DNA of 64,000 nucleotides. Source: Chitinophaga pinensis (GTDB lineage: Bacteria > Bacteroidota > Bacteroidia > UBA7662). This document shows positions 42,055 through 52,355 of the stretch, piece by piece. The notes beneath the pieces were generated by a model. The model was given only the letters and a program-made list of their open reading frames with translations, had not been told where the DNA came from and ran no database searches. A program made the translations under genes and the position numbers. The stretch is taken from the NCBI GenBank assembly GCA_945874665.1, contig CAMCHJ010000008.1, forward strand, positions 3,880 to 67,879, in the 5' to 3' direction. The first letter of the stretch is position 1. Each line of letters begins with the position of its first letter.

Positions 42055-43282
42055 ATTCCTTGATTTTGCGGTACAACGTGCGTTCAGAGATGCCGAGTTC
42101 GATGGCCGCGTTTTTACGCCGACCTTGGTGCTTTTTTAAGGCACGGGTAATCATTTGCCGCTCCACTTCTTCGAGGGAGAGGTTTTCTTCGATGTCTTCC
42201 ACATCGGGCTGCGAATCATAGCGCGAGCGGTAGTCGGTGTTGGGGGCGTTGCTCACAAATTGCGGACTGATGCTGAGGCTTTTTGACTCCTCTCCTTCGG
42301 CCACTAGGTTTTGGATATACACCTGCTCGGCAGCAGGCATGTCCTCCAAACGCTCCTGGGTAACCAAATGCCCAACCACTTTTTTCAGCTCGTTTAAGTC
42401 TTTTTTCATATCAAACAACACCTTGTATAAGATGTCGCGCTCATTAAGTTCTTCTTGCGCGCCGCCGTTGGGCAATACCATGGGCAACTGACTTCGGCTC
42501 ACCATGGGCGGCAGGTAGCGCAACACTTCCTCCCCTTCTACCAAACGAAATTGCTCGAGTACAGATACTTGTTCCGCTACATTTTTAAGCTGGCGGATGT
42601 TGCCTGGCCATGGGTATTGCTGCATGAACTGCATGGCTGGGGCATCTAGCTGAACGGCTTGCGTAGCGTATTTACCAGCAAAATCGACCGCGAATTTGCG
42701 GAACAAAAGCGGAATGTCCTCCGGCCGCTCCCGCAAAGCAGGTATGTGGATGGCTACCGTATTCATGCGGTAGTAGAGGTCTTCGCGAAATTTGCCTTTG
42801 CTGATGAGAGTGGGCAAGTCTACATTACTGGCAGCAATTACCCGCACATCGGTTTTGAGCACCTTGCTGGCACCTACTTTGATAAATTCGCCGGTTTCGA
42901 GCACCCGCAACAATCGGGCTTGGGTGCCCAACGGCATCTCGGCCACTTCATCTAAAAAGATGGTACCGCCGTTTACGGTCTCAAAATAACCCTGCCGAGC
43001 CTCGAAAGCACCCGTAAAGGAGCCTTTTTCATGCCCAAAGAGCTCTGAATCGATGGTGCCCTCCGGAATAGCACCGCAGTTAACGGCTATAAATTTGCCA
43101 TGCTTGCGGTTGCTGAGTTGGTGTAAAATTTTGGAAAACACTTCCTTTCCCACCCCGCTTTCACCCGAAATAAGCACCGACACATCGGTAGGCGCTACTT
43201 GGGTGGCAATACGCAGGGCATGGTTCAGCGAGGGCGCGTTGCCAATGATGCCAAATCGTTGTTTTACCTGTTGTAATTCCAT
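42038..43282 (-). CDS. sigma-54-dependent transcriptional activator (AAA+ enhancer-binding protein, no receiver domain)
   Basis: Walker A GESGVGKE, GAFTGA-type motif (GSFTGA), C-terminal Fis-type HTH; 414 aa. Confidence 0.9.
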   Translation of the reverse strand: MELQQVKQRFGIIGNAPSLNHALRIATQVAPTDVSVLISGESGVGKEVFSKILHQLSNRKHGKFIAVNCGAIPEGTIDSELFGHEKGSFTGAFEARQGYFETVNGGTIFLDEVAEMPLGTQARLLRVLETGEFIKVGASKVLKTDVRVIAASNVDLPTLISKGKFREDLYYRMNTVAIHIPALRERPEDIPLLFRKFAVDFAGKYATQAVQLDAPAMQFMQQYPWPGNIRQLKNVAEQVSVLEQFRLVEGEEVLRYLPPMVSRSQLPMVLPNGGAQEELNERDILYKVLFDMKKDLNELKKVVGHLVTQERLEDMPAAEQVYIQNLVAEGEESKSLSISPQFVSNAPNTDYRSRYDSQPDVEDIEENLSLEEVERQMITRALKKHQGRRKNAAIELGISERTLYRKIKEYDIDF

Positions 43283-43294
43283 GAGGTGGCTGTT

Positions 43295-44734
43295 TTAATC
43301 CACAATACGCCCAATGAGCGTGGCTTGGGTTACGCGCTCTACCAATACGTTTACGTACTGACCAGCTTTTACGCCTTGGTGCGGGAATACGAGCATTTTG
43401 TTTTGGCTGTTGCGCCCGCAGAAGTGCTCGTCAGACTTGCGTGAAGGGCCTTCTACCAGCACCTCAAACACTTTTCCTAGATCGGCTTGGTTGCTAACTA
43501 AGGAATGTTGTCCTTGCAAATCAATGATTTCTTGCAAACGGCGGCCTTTTACCTCCTCGGGCACATCGTCTTCAAACTTACGCGCAGCCAAGGTGCCTGG
43601 TCGTTCCGAATATTTGAACATGAAGTTCATGGTATAACCCACCGCCTGCATGATGCTGATGGTTTCTTGGTGTTGCGGCTCGGTTTCTCCACAAAAACCA
43701 GCAATGATGTCGGAGGTAATGGCGCAATCGGGCAAAATGCGGCGAATGGCTGCCACCCTGTCGAGGTACCAGTCGCGGTCGTACGTGCGGTTCATGCGCT
43801 TAAGCACTTCGCTGCTACCCGACTGCACTGGCAGGTGGATACACTTACATATGTTGTGGTGTGCGGCCATGGTGTGCAGCACTTCATCGGTAATGTCTTT
43901 GGGGTGAGAAGTAGAGAAGCGAATCCGAACCAAAGGATCGAGTACCGCTACCCGCGCTAACAAATCTGCAAAATTCACCGTTTCTGCCCCGTCTTCTGAG
44001 GTCCAGTGGTACGAATCAACATTCTGGCCCAACAAGGTAATCTCCTTATAACCCTGCGCTACCAATTGCTGGCATTCTTCTACAATGGTATGTACATCTC
44101 TGCTCCGCTCGCGGCCCCTGGTAAAAGGCACCACGCAAAACGAGCACATGTTGTCGCAACCCCGCATAATGGTTACAAAGGCCAAAATGCCATTACCACC
44201 CAAACGTACGGGGGTAATGTCGGCATAGGTTTCTTCGCGAGATAGCAGCACGTTTACTGCCTGCTGACCTGAGTCTACTTTATTGAGCAGGTTGGGGAGG
44301 TCTTTGTAGGCATCCGGACCAACCACTAAATCCACCAGCTTTTCTTGTTCGAGCAATTTCGACTTGAGGCGCTCGGCCATGCAGCCCAAAACGCCAATCA
44401 TCATATCGGGCTTTTGCTTTTTATGTTGACGGAAGACTTGCAAACGACCCCGTACCTTTTGCTCTGCGTTTTCACGGATCGAACAGGTATTTATAAATAC
44501 CACATCGGCCTCTGAAAGCTCATTGGTAGCCACGTAATTATTGTCAGCCATGATGGACGCCACAATTTCGCTGTCGCTGAAATTCATTTGGCAACCATAA
44601 CTTTCGAGGTACATTTTTTTCTTCCCGCCTAACAGGTTCGATGCTTCATACACCTCACCCTGCCGCTGTTCGTCTTGCACCTTTTCAAAAACATTTCCTG
44701 AAAACTGCTTGGCCATAAATTCAAATTTCCACAA
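43295..44734 (-). CDS. miaB: tRNA-2-methylthio-N6-dimethylallyladenosine synthase MiaB
   Basis: MTTase N-domain ([19 protein letters not shown]), radical SAM CxxxCxxC ([11 protein letters not shown]), TRAM domain. Starts at 44716 or 44614 are possible. Confidence 0.9.
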   Translation of the reverse strand: MWKFEFMAKQFSGNVFEKVQDEQRQGEVYEASNLLGGKKKMYLESYGCQMNFSDSEIVASIMADNNYVATNELSEADVVFINTCSIRENAEQKVRGRLQVFRQHKKQKPDMMIGVLGCMAERLKSKLLEQEKLVDLVVGPDAYKDLPNLLNKVDSGQQAVNVLLSREETYADITPVRLGGNGILAFVTIMRGCDNMCSFCVVPFTRGRERSRDVHTIVEECQQLVAQGYKEITLLGQNVDSYHWTSEDGAETVNFADLLARVAVLDPLVRIRFSTSHPKDITDEVLHTMAAHHNICKCIHLPVQSGSSEVLKRMNRTYDRDWYLDRVAAIRRILPDCAITSDIIAGFCGETEPQHQETISIMQAVGYTMNFMFKYSERPGTLAARKFEDDVPEEVKGRRLQEIIDLQGQHSLVSNQADLGKVFEVLVEGPSRKSDEHFCGRNSQNKMLVFPHQGVKAGQYVNVLVERVTQATLIGRIVD

Positions 44735-44853
44735 AGATAAGAAGCCTGAAGCAGAATGTGACAGAATGGCAGTCGCCTCTTTTTGTTAAAATAAAAAAAG
44801 ATTGTGCTTTACTCAAGAATTCCCTAATATCGTCGTCTAATTTAACCTGTTGT

Positions 44854-46848
44854 ATGAAAAAATTATTTACACTTTTAGCATTTGTACTGGCCTCTTCTTT
44901 GGTTTTGCAAGCCCAAACTGGCTATTACATGATATCCCACACCTATGCTCCTGGCAATCCGGGTGGATTAAACCAAGACGCAGAGTTTCCAGTTGGCGGT
45001 GGTATAGCTCCTGGCTGGGCAACCATTTTAACTGGCTCAAACGTTGCGCCGACCTATTCACCGAATCAAACCATCCCTTTCACCTTTAATTTTAATGGTT
45101 CACCTGTAACGGAGTACAAAGCTGGCTCGTCTGGTGTAATTACTTTCTCAACCTCAAGCACTGCTCAGCCCGCCCACAGCTCTACAACTTTCCCTGCTGC
45201 AGACATTCCTGATAATTCAGTAGCGATCATGGGCTTGCAAGGCACACAAGCCAATGACAACATCGTAACCAAGACTTTTGGTACCGCGCCTAATCGTCAG
45301 CACTGGATCCAGTACAGCTCTTACAGCATAGCTGCTGGCGCTTCTTGTTGGACGTATTGGGCTGTTGTTTTGGAAGAAGGCACGAACAAGATTTACATTG
45401 TGGATCAGCGTTATGCTAACTGTTCAACTCAATTTGGTATAGGCGTTAAAATTGATGCCACCACAAGCGTAGGACCAAGTGGCACAGTGCCGCCATTGGC
45501 TGGTACCGACGCAGGTGGAGCAACCAATCACTACTACGAGTTTATTCCAGGTGTACAGCCTGCTTTAGGTGCCAAGTTGGCCAGCAGCACCATGCCTTCT
45601 TTCGTTTACCTCAATGCCCCAAGCACAGTAGCAGGCCGTATCTTGAACCTTGGCGCTACAGCCATTACTTCAGGCAGTTTGCACTACAACGTAAATGGTG
45701 GTGCAGCGGTAACCCAAGCGCTTACTGGATTGAATGTAGCTGGTGGAACCATGTACAACTTTAGTCATGGCACACCACTCACCCTAACCACTGCGGGCAG
45801 TTATACCCTGCGTATGTGGATGAGCAACATCAATGGTGCGGGTGTTAACACCGATACCTTAACGGTAACCATAAGCGCTATATCTAGCGTAATCACCGAT
45901 TTAGTGGTGTTTGAGCATTTCACCAATGCTTCATGTGGTCCGTGTGCCGCTCAAAACCCAGGTTTAGAAGCGGTAATGAACAACAACAAGCTGAAAGCAA
46001 CATCGGTAAAATACCATGTGAGCTGGCCCGGTGTTGACCCCATGTACAGCTTTAACACCACCGACCCAACCGCACGTGTAAACTACTACGGTGTAACCGG
46101 CGTTCCTGCGGTTCGTTTAGGTGCCAATGCAAGCATGTCGCCAAGCCAAGTTACGCAAGTAGCCATCGATAATTACGCGAACAACATGCCCGCTGCTTTT
46201 ACCTATGCAGTAAATACACGCATTGAAAATAACGTTTTACGTGTAGATGGCAGCGTTATTCGCAACATCGGCATCAACGCCAGCGATTTGCGTTTGCACA
46301 TCATTTTAACCGAAGACCCTATCAATTTCACTACAGCCCCAGGTACCAATGGCGAAAAAGATTTCCCGTCTGTGGTTCGTAAATTAATTCCTAATCAAAA
46401 CGGAACAGATATAGGCAACGGCGAAATCTCAACGCCATTCGATTACAGCTACAACTTGCCGCCTAGCTTTATTCAGGACCGCCTGTTTGTAGTGGTGTTT
46501 GTGCAAGCCAATGCTGCCAAAGTTGCCTACAAAGGCGCAAAAATCAAAGTTGGCTCAAGCCTGGCTTCTTCTGTTAAAAACAACGCCCTTGTTTCTGGTA
46601 GTTTCGAAGTGTATCCAAATCCTGTTACCTCAGACGCTATTATAAACCTCAACTTGGTTCGCAACAGCGAGGTAACCGTAGACATCATGAACATTGCTGG
46701 CCAAAAGGTACACAGCAGCAACTTAGGTGAGTTGTTAGCAGGTCCTCACAGCCACACCCTCGACATGAGCAATCTTGCTGCCGGCATGTACTACATCCAA
46801 ACCAGCATGAACGATCAAATCGAAATCAAGCGCATTGTAAAGCAGTAA
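44854..46848 (+). CDS. secreted protein with CGPC-motif (Omp28-like?) domain and T9SS type A C-terminal sorting domain
   Basis: Start chosen at MKKLFTLLAFVLASSLVLQAQ (signal peptide). C-terminus ..VYPNPVTSD..MYYIQTSMNDQIEIKRIVKQ is a Por_Secre_tail. Internal ..FTNASCGPCAAQNPG.. domain. Confidence 0.8.
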   Translation: MKKLFTLLAFVLASSLVLQAQTGYYMISHTYAPGNPGGLNQDAEFPVGGGIAPGWATILTGSNVAPTYSPNQTIPFTFNFNGSPVTEYKAGSSGVITFSTSSTAQPAHSSTTFPAADIPDNSVAIMGLQGTQANDNIVTKTFGTAPNRQHWIQYSSYSIAAGASCWTYWAVVLEEGTNKIYIVDQRYANCSTQFGIGVKIDATTSVGPSGTVPPLAGTDAGGATNHYYEFIPGVQPALGAKLASSTMPSFVYLNAPSTVAGRILNLGATAITSGSLHYNVNGGAAVTQALTGLNVAGGTMYNFSHGTPLTLTTAGSYTLRMWMSNINGAGVNTDTLTVTISAISSVITDLVVFEHFTNASCGPCAAQNPGLEAVMNNNKLKATSVKYHVSWPGVDPMYSFNTTDPTARVNYYGVTGVPAVRLGANASMSPSQVTQVAIDNYANNMPAAFTYAVNTRIENNVLRVDGSVIRNIGINASDLRLHIILTEDPINFTTAPGTNGEKDFPSVVRKLIPNQNGTDIGNGEISTPFDYSYNLPPSFIQDRLFVVVFVQANAAKVAYKGAKIKVGSSLASSVKNNALVSGSFEVYPNPVTSDAIINLNLVRNSEVTVDIMNIAGQKVHSSNLGELLAGPHSHTLDMSNLAAGMYYIQTSMNDQIEIKRIVKQ

Positions 46849-46864
46849 GCTTGTTAGTATGCCA

Positions 46865-46892
46865 AAAAAAGCCGGATTCGTCCGGCTTTTTT
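46865..46892 (+). terminator. rho-independent terminator
   Basis: AAAAAGCCGGA-ttcg-TCCGGCTTTTT hairpin followed by a T-run. Confidence 0.85.
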
Positions 46893-46951
46893 TGTTGCTA
46901 CCATGCGCTGTTCTTGTGAATTTGTTATATTCGCTTTCCTAAAAAAACCTC

Positions 46952-48817
46952 ATGTTAAAAAGAATACTCACCATAAGCTTGGCAGTAGCAGCCCTTTCTG
47001 CGCATGCGCAAGCCCCTCGGACCCAGCTTTACGAAGTATTTTCGGGCGAAAATTGCGGTCCTTGCGCCTCGGCCAATCCTACCACGCACGCGCTTTTAAC
47101 CACCAACAGTGCGGCCATCATTGGCTTGAAGTACCAAGTAGCGATTCCAAGCGCAGGTCCTATTCACAACCAAAACACCACCGAACCCAATGCGCGCCGT
47201 ACCTATTATGGTGTAAACTCTGCGCCCAATGCGCGGCACGAAGGACAAGTGATTGGTAACGGCCACAGTCTCAACCTCACCCAAGCCATCATCACCAGCC
47301 GCCAAAGTGTCACTTCCCCTTTCACCATCGCCTTAGAGCACAGCTTTAATGCCAACTGGGACAGCGTTTTTATCAACATGACCGTAACCGCGGCGCAAGT
47401 GGTTACCGCTGGCAACTGGTTTGCCCGCATTGCCCTCATAGAGCGCCACATGAACTTTGCAACGCCTCCAGGAAGCAATGGTGAAACTGACTTTTACAGT
47501 GTAATGCGCAAAATGCTGCCGAATGCAACAGGGACTAGCTTGCCAGCTACCTGGACTAACGGACAGTCGCAAGTAATTACCATTGCGGCTCCAGTGCCTT
47601 CGTACATCCGCGATATCGCAGAATTGGGTGTTGTAGCTTTCGTACAGGACGACATCAGCAAAGAAATTGCACAAGCCAAAAAATCAGACCCCCTTCCTGT
47701 GCCCCTGAACTCTAAGCTCGAGTACAGTGCTGGTGGTTTTTATGTTTGTACACCGGCCATCATGCCACAGGTGAGCATCGTAAACCAAGGCACCACGCCC
47801 ATTACAAGTTTAGAAATTAGACAAACGATAGGCACAACCGTGCAGACGGTTAACTGGACGGGTACCTTAGCACCTGCTGCCTCTACCAACGTAACTTTAA
47901 ATCCGGCCACCCTCGCAAATGGTCGTTCTAATTTCGAGTTCCGCATCATGACCATGAATGGTACGCCGCACCCAAGTGTTGTGCGTGCAACGGCATCAGG
48001 CGCCATGTTCTACACCCCAGACCAATTAAACAGTATAGCAACAGGCTTCCAAGGCACTTTCCCCCCTGCCAACTGGGCAGTAGACAATGGCGCTTTGGCC
48101 ACCAATGGTTGGCAGCTCGGAGTGCCAGGTGCTAACGGCACAACCCGTTCTGCCCGCATCAACTTTTATGACATAGGTGTAGGAGAAGTAGATTATTTAT
48201 ACTTACCCCGCTTAGACATGAGTCAGGCTTCGGTAAGTGCCAACTTATCCTTTTACGTAGCACATGCGCAATACACAGCTACAACAAGCGACAAGTTAGA
48301 GGTGGAAGTATCTATCGATTGTGGCGCCACATGGACTTCGATTTTTGACAAATCGGGCGCTCCACTCTCAACCAGACCAGCGATGACAGGCGCATATACA
48401 TCGGTTGCTGCCAGCGAATGGCGCCAAGAAACGATTAGTTTATCGAGTGTGGCTGGCCAAAACGATGTTTTAGTTCGTTTTAAAGGCACCAGTGACTATG
48501 GCAACAACCTCTTCCTCGATGAGGTAGTGATTCCAAATACCGTAAGTGTGAAGGAACAGGCCACCAGCATTCCGCTGCGTACCTATCCAAATCCGGTAGC
48601 AGACGAACTTTTCATCGACTTTAACCAAGCAGTAAACGGCGCTGTGCGCGTGCAGATCCTCAACAGTCTTGGTCAACTCGTACTCGAGCATGCTACTGCC
48701 ATTGAAAATACAGAGGCCAAAATCAGTCTGAACGTGGCCTCCCTCCCCGCTGGCATTTACACGGTGCAGAGCGTTGTAAACGGCAAATCGCAGATCAGCA
48801 AGATTGTGAAGCAATAA
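46952..48817 (+). CDS. secreted protein with N-terminal CGPC-motif domain and T9SS type A C-terminal sorting domain (paralog of the upstream gene)
   Basis: Signal peptide, ..FSGENCGPCASANP.. domain aligned to the upstream gene, and C-terminus ..TYPNPVADELFIDF..GIYTVQSVVNGKSQISKIVKQ. Confidence 0.8.
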   Translation: MLKRILTISLAVAALSAHAQAPRTQLYEVFSGENCGPCASANPTTHALLTTNSAAIIGLKYQVAIPSAGPIHNQNTTEPNARRTYYGVNSAPNARHEGQVIGNGHSLNLTQAIITSRQSVTSPFTIALEHSFNANWDSVFINMTVTAAQVVTAGNWFARIALIERHMNFATPPGSNGETDFYSVMRKMLPNATGTSLPATWTNGQSQVITIAAPVPSYIRDIAELGVVAFVQDDISKEIAQAKKSDPLPVPLNSKLEYSAGGFYVCTPAIMPQVSIVNQGTTPITSLEIRQTIGTTVQTVNWTGTLAPAASTNVTLNPATLANGRSNFEFRIMTMNGTPHPSVVRATASGAMFYTPDQLNSIATGFQGTFPPANWAVDNGALATNGWQLGVPGANGTTRSARINFYDIGVGEVDYLYLPRLDMSQASVSANLSFYVAHAQYTATTSDKLEVEVSIDCGATWTSIFDKSGAPLSTRPAMTGAYTSVAASEWRQETISLSSVAGQNDVLVRFKGTSDYGNNLFLDEVVIPNTVSVKEQATSIPLRTYPNPVADELFIDFNQAVNGAVRVQILNSLGQLVLEHATAIENTEAKISLNVASLPAGIYTVQSVVNGKSQISKIVKQ

Positions 48818-48839
48818 AATAAATCACCAAAAGCATAAA

Positions 48840-48870
48840 TCCTCCCATTTTTTGGGGGGATTTTTTTTTA
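48840..48870 (+). terminator. rho-independent terminator
   Basis: TCCTCCC-attttttg-GGGGGGA stem followed by T9. Confidence 0.7.
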
Positions 48871-48923
48871 GCCTTTGAAAAATCAGAGTTTCTTTACGAA
48901 ATTGAGCGAATAAAGCCAACGAC

Positions 48924-50687
48924 ATGAAAATTGAAAGACTTTTTGACATACTTCCGCACCAGAAGCAAAACCACCCCCTCAAAACAGCCTTAGCAGGCAA
49001 AGAAAAGGGCAAATGGGTGCATTACAGCACCGACGACCTCATTGCTGAAGCCAATGCCGTGAGCTTAGGTCTGTTGGCCTTGGGTGTGGAGCCAGGTGAT
49101 AAAATTGCCAACATCTCCAACAACCGTCCGGAGTGGAATTTCCTCGACTTTGGCATGTTACAAATTGGAGCCGTGCACGTGCCCATTTATCCCACCATTA
49201 CCGACGAGGACTACAACTACATCCTCAACCACGCTGAGGTAAAGTACATCTTTGTATCAAGTGCTGAGTTGTACGAGCGCATCGCTAAAATAGCCGAAAA
49301 AGTACCTACTGTGAAAGCTGTATATACTTTCGACCAGGTAGCGGGTGCCAAACATTGGAGCGAAGTAAAGCAGGCTGGCGACGGCGGTGACCTCAAGCAA
49401 GTAGAGGCCCTCAAAGCCAACGTAAAAGCAGACGATCTATTTACCATCATTTATACATCGGGCACCACAGGTTTCCCTAAAGGCGTAATGCTCAGTCACC
49501 GCAACGTGGCCAGCAACGTAGAAGCCAGCGACAAGCGGGTGCCGTGCAGTCCTGGCGACAACGCCCTCAGCTTCCTGCCACTCTGCCACATCTATGAGCG
49601 CATGCTCACCTACATGATGATGTACCGTTCGATCAGCATTCACTATGCCGAAAGCATGGAAACCATCGGCGACAACCTCAAAGAAATCAAGCCGCAGGTA
49701 TTCTCCTCGGTGCCGCGCTTGCTCGAAAAGGTGTACGACAAAATTGTATCTAAAGGGCACGAGCTCACAGGCGTAAAAAAGGCCTTGTTCTTTTGGGCGC
49801 TCAACCTCGGCTTGCGCTATGAAATCAATGGTGCCAATGGCTGGTGGTACGAAACCCAGCTCAAACTGGCCAACAAACTCATCTTCAGCAAATGGCGCGA
49901 AGCTTTGGGCGGTAATGTAAAGGCCATTGTAAGTGGAGCAGCTGCCCTGCAACCCCGTTTAGCCCGGGTGTTTTGGTCGGCCCAAATACCAGTGTTAGAA
50001 GGCTACGGCCTCACTGAAACATCGCCGGTAATTTCGGTTAACTACTATGCCACCATGCAGGTGGAATTTGGTGCTGTTGGTCCTGTTTTAGAAGGTGTAG
50101 AAGTAAAGTTGGCCGAAGACGGAGAAATTCTTTGCAAAGGCCCGAACATCATGATGGGCTATTACAAGCGTCCGGAGCTCACCGAAGAGGTCATCGACAA
50201 AGATGGCTGGTTCCATACAGGCGACATAGGCACCTTTACAGCCAACGGCAACCTCAAAATCACAGACCGCAAAAAGGAGATTTTCAAAACTTCTGGCGGT
50301 AAGTACATTGCCCCGCAGGTGATGGAAAATAAATTCAAAGAGTCGTTGCTTATTGAGCAGTTGATCGTGTGTGGAGAGAGTAAAAACTTCCCTTCGGCAC
50401 TTATTTCACCGGCTTGGGACAATGTGAAATACTGGTGCGAACACCACGGCATTGCGTTCACCACGCAAGCCGAAGTGATCAAAAACCCTGCACTCCTCGA
50501 GAAATTTCAAAGCGAAATAGACCACTACAATGAAGGCTTTGGGCAATGGGAGAAAATCAAAAAATTCAAGTTACTGCCCACTTCTTGGAGCGTTGAAAGC
50601 GGCGAGTTAACCGCTACCATGAAACTCAAACGCAAAGTAATCATGGAAAAATTCAAATCCGATTACGACAGTATGTATGGTGAATAA
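48924..50687 (+). CDS. long-chain fatty acid--CoA ligase (AMP-dependent synthetase/ligase)
   Basis: AMP-binding motif IYTSGTTGFPKGVMLSHRN, ..GYGLTETS.., 587 aa. Confidence 0.9.
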   Translation: MKIERLFDILPHQKQNHPLKTALAGKEKGKWVHYSTDDLIAEANAVSLGLLALGVEPGDKIANISNNRPEWNFLDFGMLQIGAVHVPIYPTITDEDYNYILNHAEVKYIFVSSAELYERIAKIAEKVPTVKAVYTFDQVAGAKHWSEVKQAGDGGDLKQVEALKANVKADDLFTIIYTSGTTGFPKGVMLSHRNVASNVEASDKRVPCSPGDNALSFLPLCHIYERMLTYMMMYRSISIHYAESMETIGDNLKEIKPQVFSSVPRLLEKVYDKIVSKGHELTGVKKALFFWALNLGLRYEINGANGWWYETQLKLANKLIFSKWREALGGNVKAIVSGAAALQPRLARVFWSAQIPVLEGYGLTETSPVISVNYYATMQVEFGAVGPVLEGVEVKLAEDGEILCKGPNIMMGYYKRPELTEEVIDKDGWFHTGDIGTFTANGNLKITDRKKEIFKTSGGKYIAPQVMENKFKESLLIEQLIVCGESKNFPSALISPAWDNVKYWCEHHGIAFTTQAEVIKNPALLEKFQSEIDHYNEGFGQWEKIKKFKLLPTSWSVESGELTATMKLKRKVIMEKFKSDYDSMYGE

Positions 50688-50726
50688 TGGCATGGCGCAA
50701 GGCCTACAAGGCTAACCTCCAGCATA

Positions 50727-50770
50727 GCGCTATGTAAATGGATGTCTTCGTTTTACCGGAGACATCCATT
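50727..50770 (+). terminator. rho-independent terminator after acyl-CoA ligase
   Basis: AATGGATGTCT-TCGTTTTACCGG-AGACATCCATT hairpin followed by T11. Confidence 0.88.
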
Positions 50771-50805
50771 TTTTTTTTTGACCTACCGGCAGCAAATGCC
50801 GTTCA

Positions 50806-50823
50806 TTAAAAATAAATGTTCAA
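50806..50823. promoter_or_regulatory. perfect 18-bp palindrome ATGTTCAAATTTGAACAT upstream of the cytochrome c peroxidase gene (candidate operator)
   Basis: Exact reverse-complement symmetry, 65 nt upstream of the ATG at 50888. Confidence 0.45.
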
Positions 50824-50887
50824 ATTTGAACATTGGCGTTAATCCTACCCAGAAAAGTGATGTCATAAGCTTGTTACGCAACTTACC

Positions 50888-52276
50888 ATGAAAAAGCAGC
50901 ATATCTTATCTGTACTGGTCCTTTTGAGTGCCCTGCTCATTACCGCCAGCTCCATCGACCTCAGCAATTTGTACAATTACGGCGCTCAGGGCAAGCCTGG
51001 TTACATTAATAAAGACAATACCCCCGTTACCAACTCCATAACCGATGCCCGCGCTACCTTGGGCCGGGTGTTGTTTTACGACAAAAAGCTATCCGCCAAC
51101 AACAGCATTGCTTGTGCCAGTTGCCACAACCAGGCTTTCGCCTTTTCAGATACTGCGGTACGCAGCGTCGGACTAAATGGCGGCTTAACTGGCAGGCACT
51201 CGATGCGCTTAGTAAATGCCCGCTATGGCACCAGTCCGAGCTTTTTCTGGGATGAGCGCGCGCCGACCCTCGAGCACCAGGTCACCGAGCCCATCCAAGA
51301 CCATGTAGAAATGGGCTTCAGCGGACTCAGCGGGCAAGCCGGCATCGATTCGTTGATCCGCAAAATGGCCACTTTATCCTATTACCCGCAACTTTTTCAG
51401 TTTGCCTTTGGCTCGCCTGAAATTACTGAAGCCAAAATGCAGCAGGCCATGGCGCAGTTTGTAAGAAGCATTCAATCGTTCGACTCTAAATTCGATATTG
51501 GACGGGCGCAGGTACCGGGACAAGGGATGCCCTTCCCCAACTTTACCGCCAATGAGAATGCAGGTAAACAAATTTTTATGCATGCACAAGGCATGGGTAC
51601 TCCGGGTTGCCAAAGCTGCCACCGCATGCCAGAGTTTGACATTGATCCGTTGTCGTTAAACAATGGCGTAATCACCAAGGCTGGCGACCAAACAGGGTTC
51701 GATTTAACAAATACCCGCGCGCCCTCTCTAAGGAACCTATTCAATCCTTCTGGTAGTTTGAATGGTCCACTGATGCATAACGGCGCCTTTACCACCATCG
51801 AGCAGGTTATTGAGCACTACAATGCCATCCCCCAAAACCCAGCCAATACCAATTTAGACCCCCGTTTAAATGGCCCAGGAGGCAATTTGCAGCTTACTGC
51901 TTTGCAAAAAACACAGTTGGCCGACTTCCTGCGCACCCTCACTGGCGTGGATGTGTTTACGAATCCTAAATGGTCAAATCCCTTTGACGCGAGTGGCAAC
52001 ATCACTATTCTGGGCTTGAACAGCAGCATTTACCAAAACAAAGCTGAAAAGTTCGCCATCTTCCCTAATCCTGCCAGCCAATTCATCTATTTAAAGCTGC
52101 CCCAAGGCCAGTATAACGTACATATGTATGGTATTAACGGCCAGCTGATTTACAGCGGCACCGCCGAAGCCAGCGAACGCATTGATTTGCCAGGATTTGC
52201 AGCCGGCTTCATCACCATCACCGCCGTAAACCAAACTACCGGCTGGATGTACCAGGCTAAGTTCATTAAGCAATAA
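50888..52276 (+). CDS. di-heme cytochrome c peroxidase (CCP/MauG family) fused to T9SS type A C-terminal sorting domain
   Basis: Two CxxCH heme motifs (CASCH, CQSCH), signal peptide, and a C-terminal ~80 aa ..IFPNPASQFIYLKL..ITITAVNQTTGWMYQAKFIKQ Por_Secre_tail. Confidence 0.82.
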   Translation: MKKQHILSVLVLLSALLITASSIDLSNLYNYGAQGKPGYINKDNTPVTNSITDARATLGRVLFYDKKLSANNSIACASCHNQAFAFSDTAVRSVGLNGGLTGRHSMRLVNARYGTSPSFFWDERAPTLEHQVTEPIQDHVEMGFSGLSGQAGIDSLIRKMATLSYYPQLFQFAFGSPEITEAKMQQAMAQFVRSIQSFDSKFDIGRAQVPGQGMPFPNFTANENAGKQIFMHAQGMGTPGCQSCHRMPEFDIDPLSLNNGVITKAGDQTGFDLTNTRAPSLRNLFNPSGSLNGPLMHNGAFTTIEQVIEHYNAIPQNPANTNLDPRLNGPGGNLQLTALQKTQLADFLRTLTGVDVFTNPKWSNPFDASGNITILGLNSSIYQNKAEKFAIFPNPASQFIYLKLPQGQYNVHMYGINGQLIYSGTAEASERIDLPGFAAGFITITAVNQTTGWMYQAKFIKQ

Positions 52277-52300
52277 GCCAAACGCCTGTTGCTGGCACAT

Positions 52301-52337
52301 AAAAAAGCCCCGTTCTAAACAAGAACGGGGCTTTTTG
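52301..52337. terminator. bidirectional rho-independent terminator (peroxidase gene / peroxiredoxin gene)
   Basis: GCCCCGTTCT-aaac-AGAACGGGGC perfect 10-bp stem flanked by an A-run and a T-run. Confidence 0.88.
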
Positions 52338-52355
52338 TTGATAGGTGCTGTTGAC

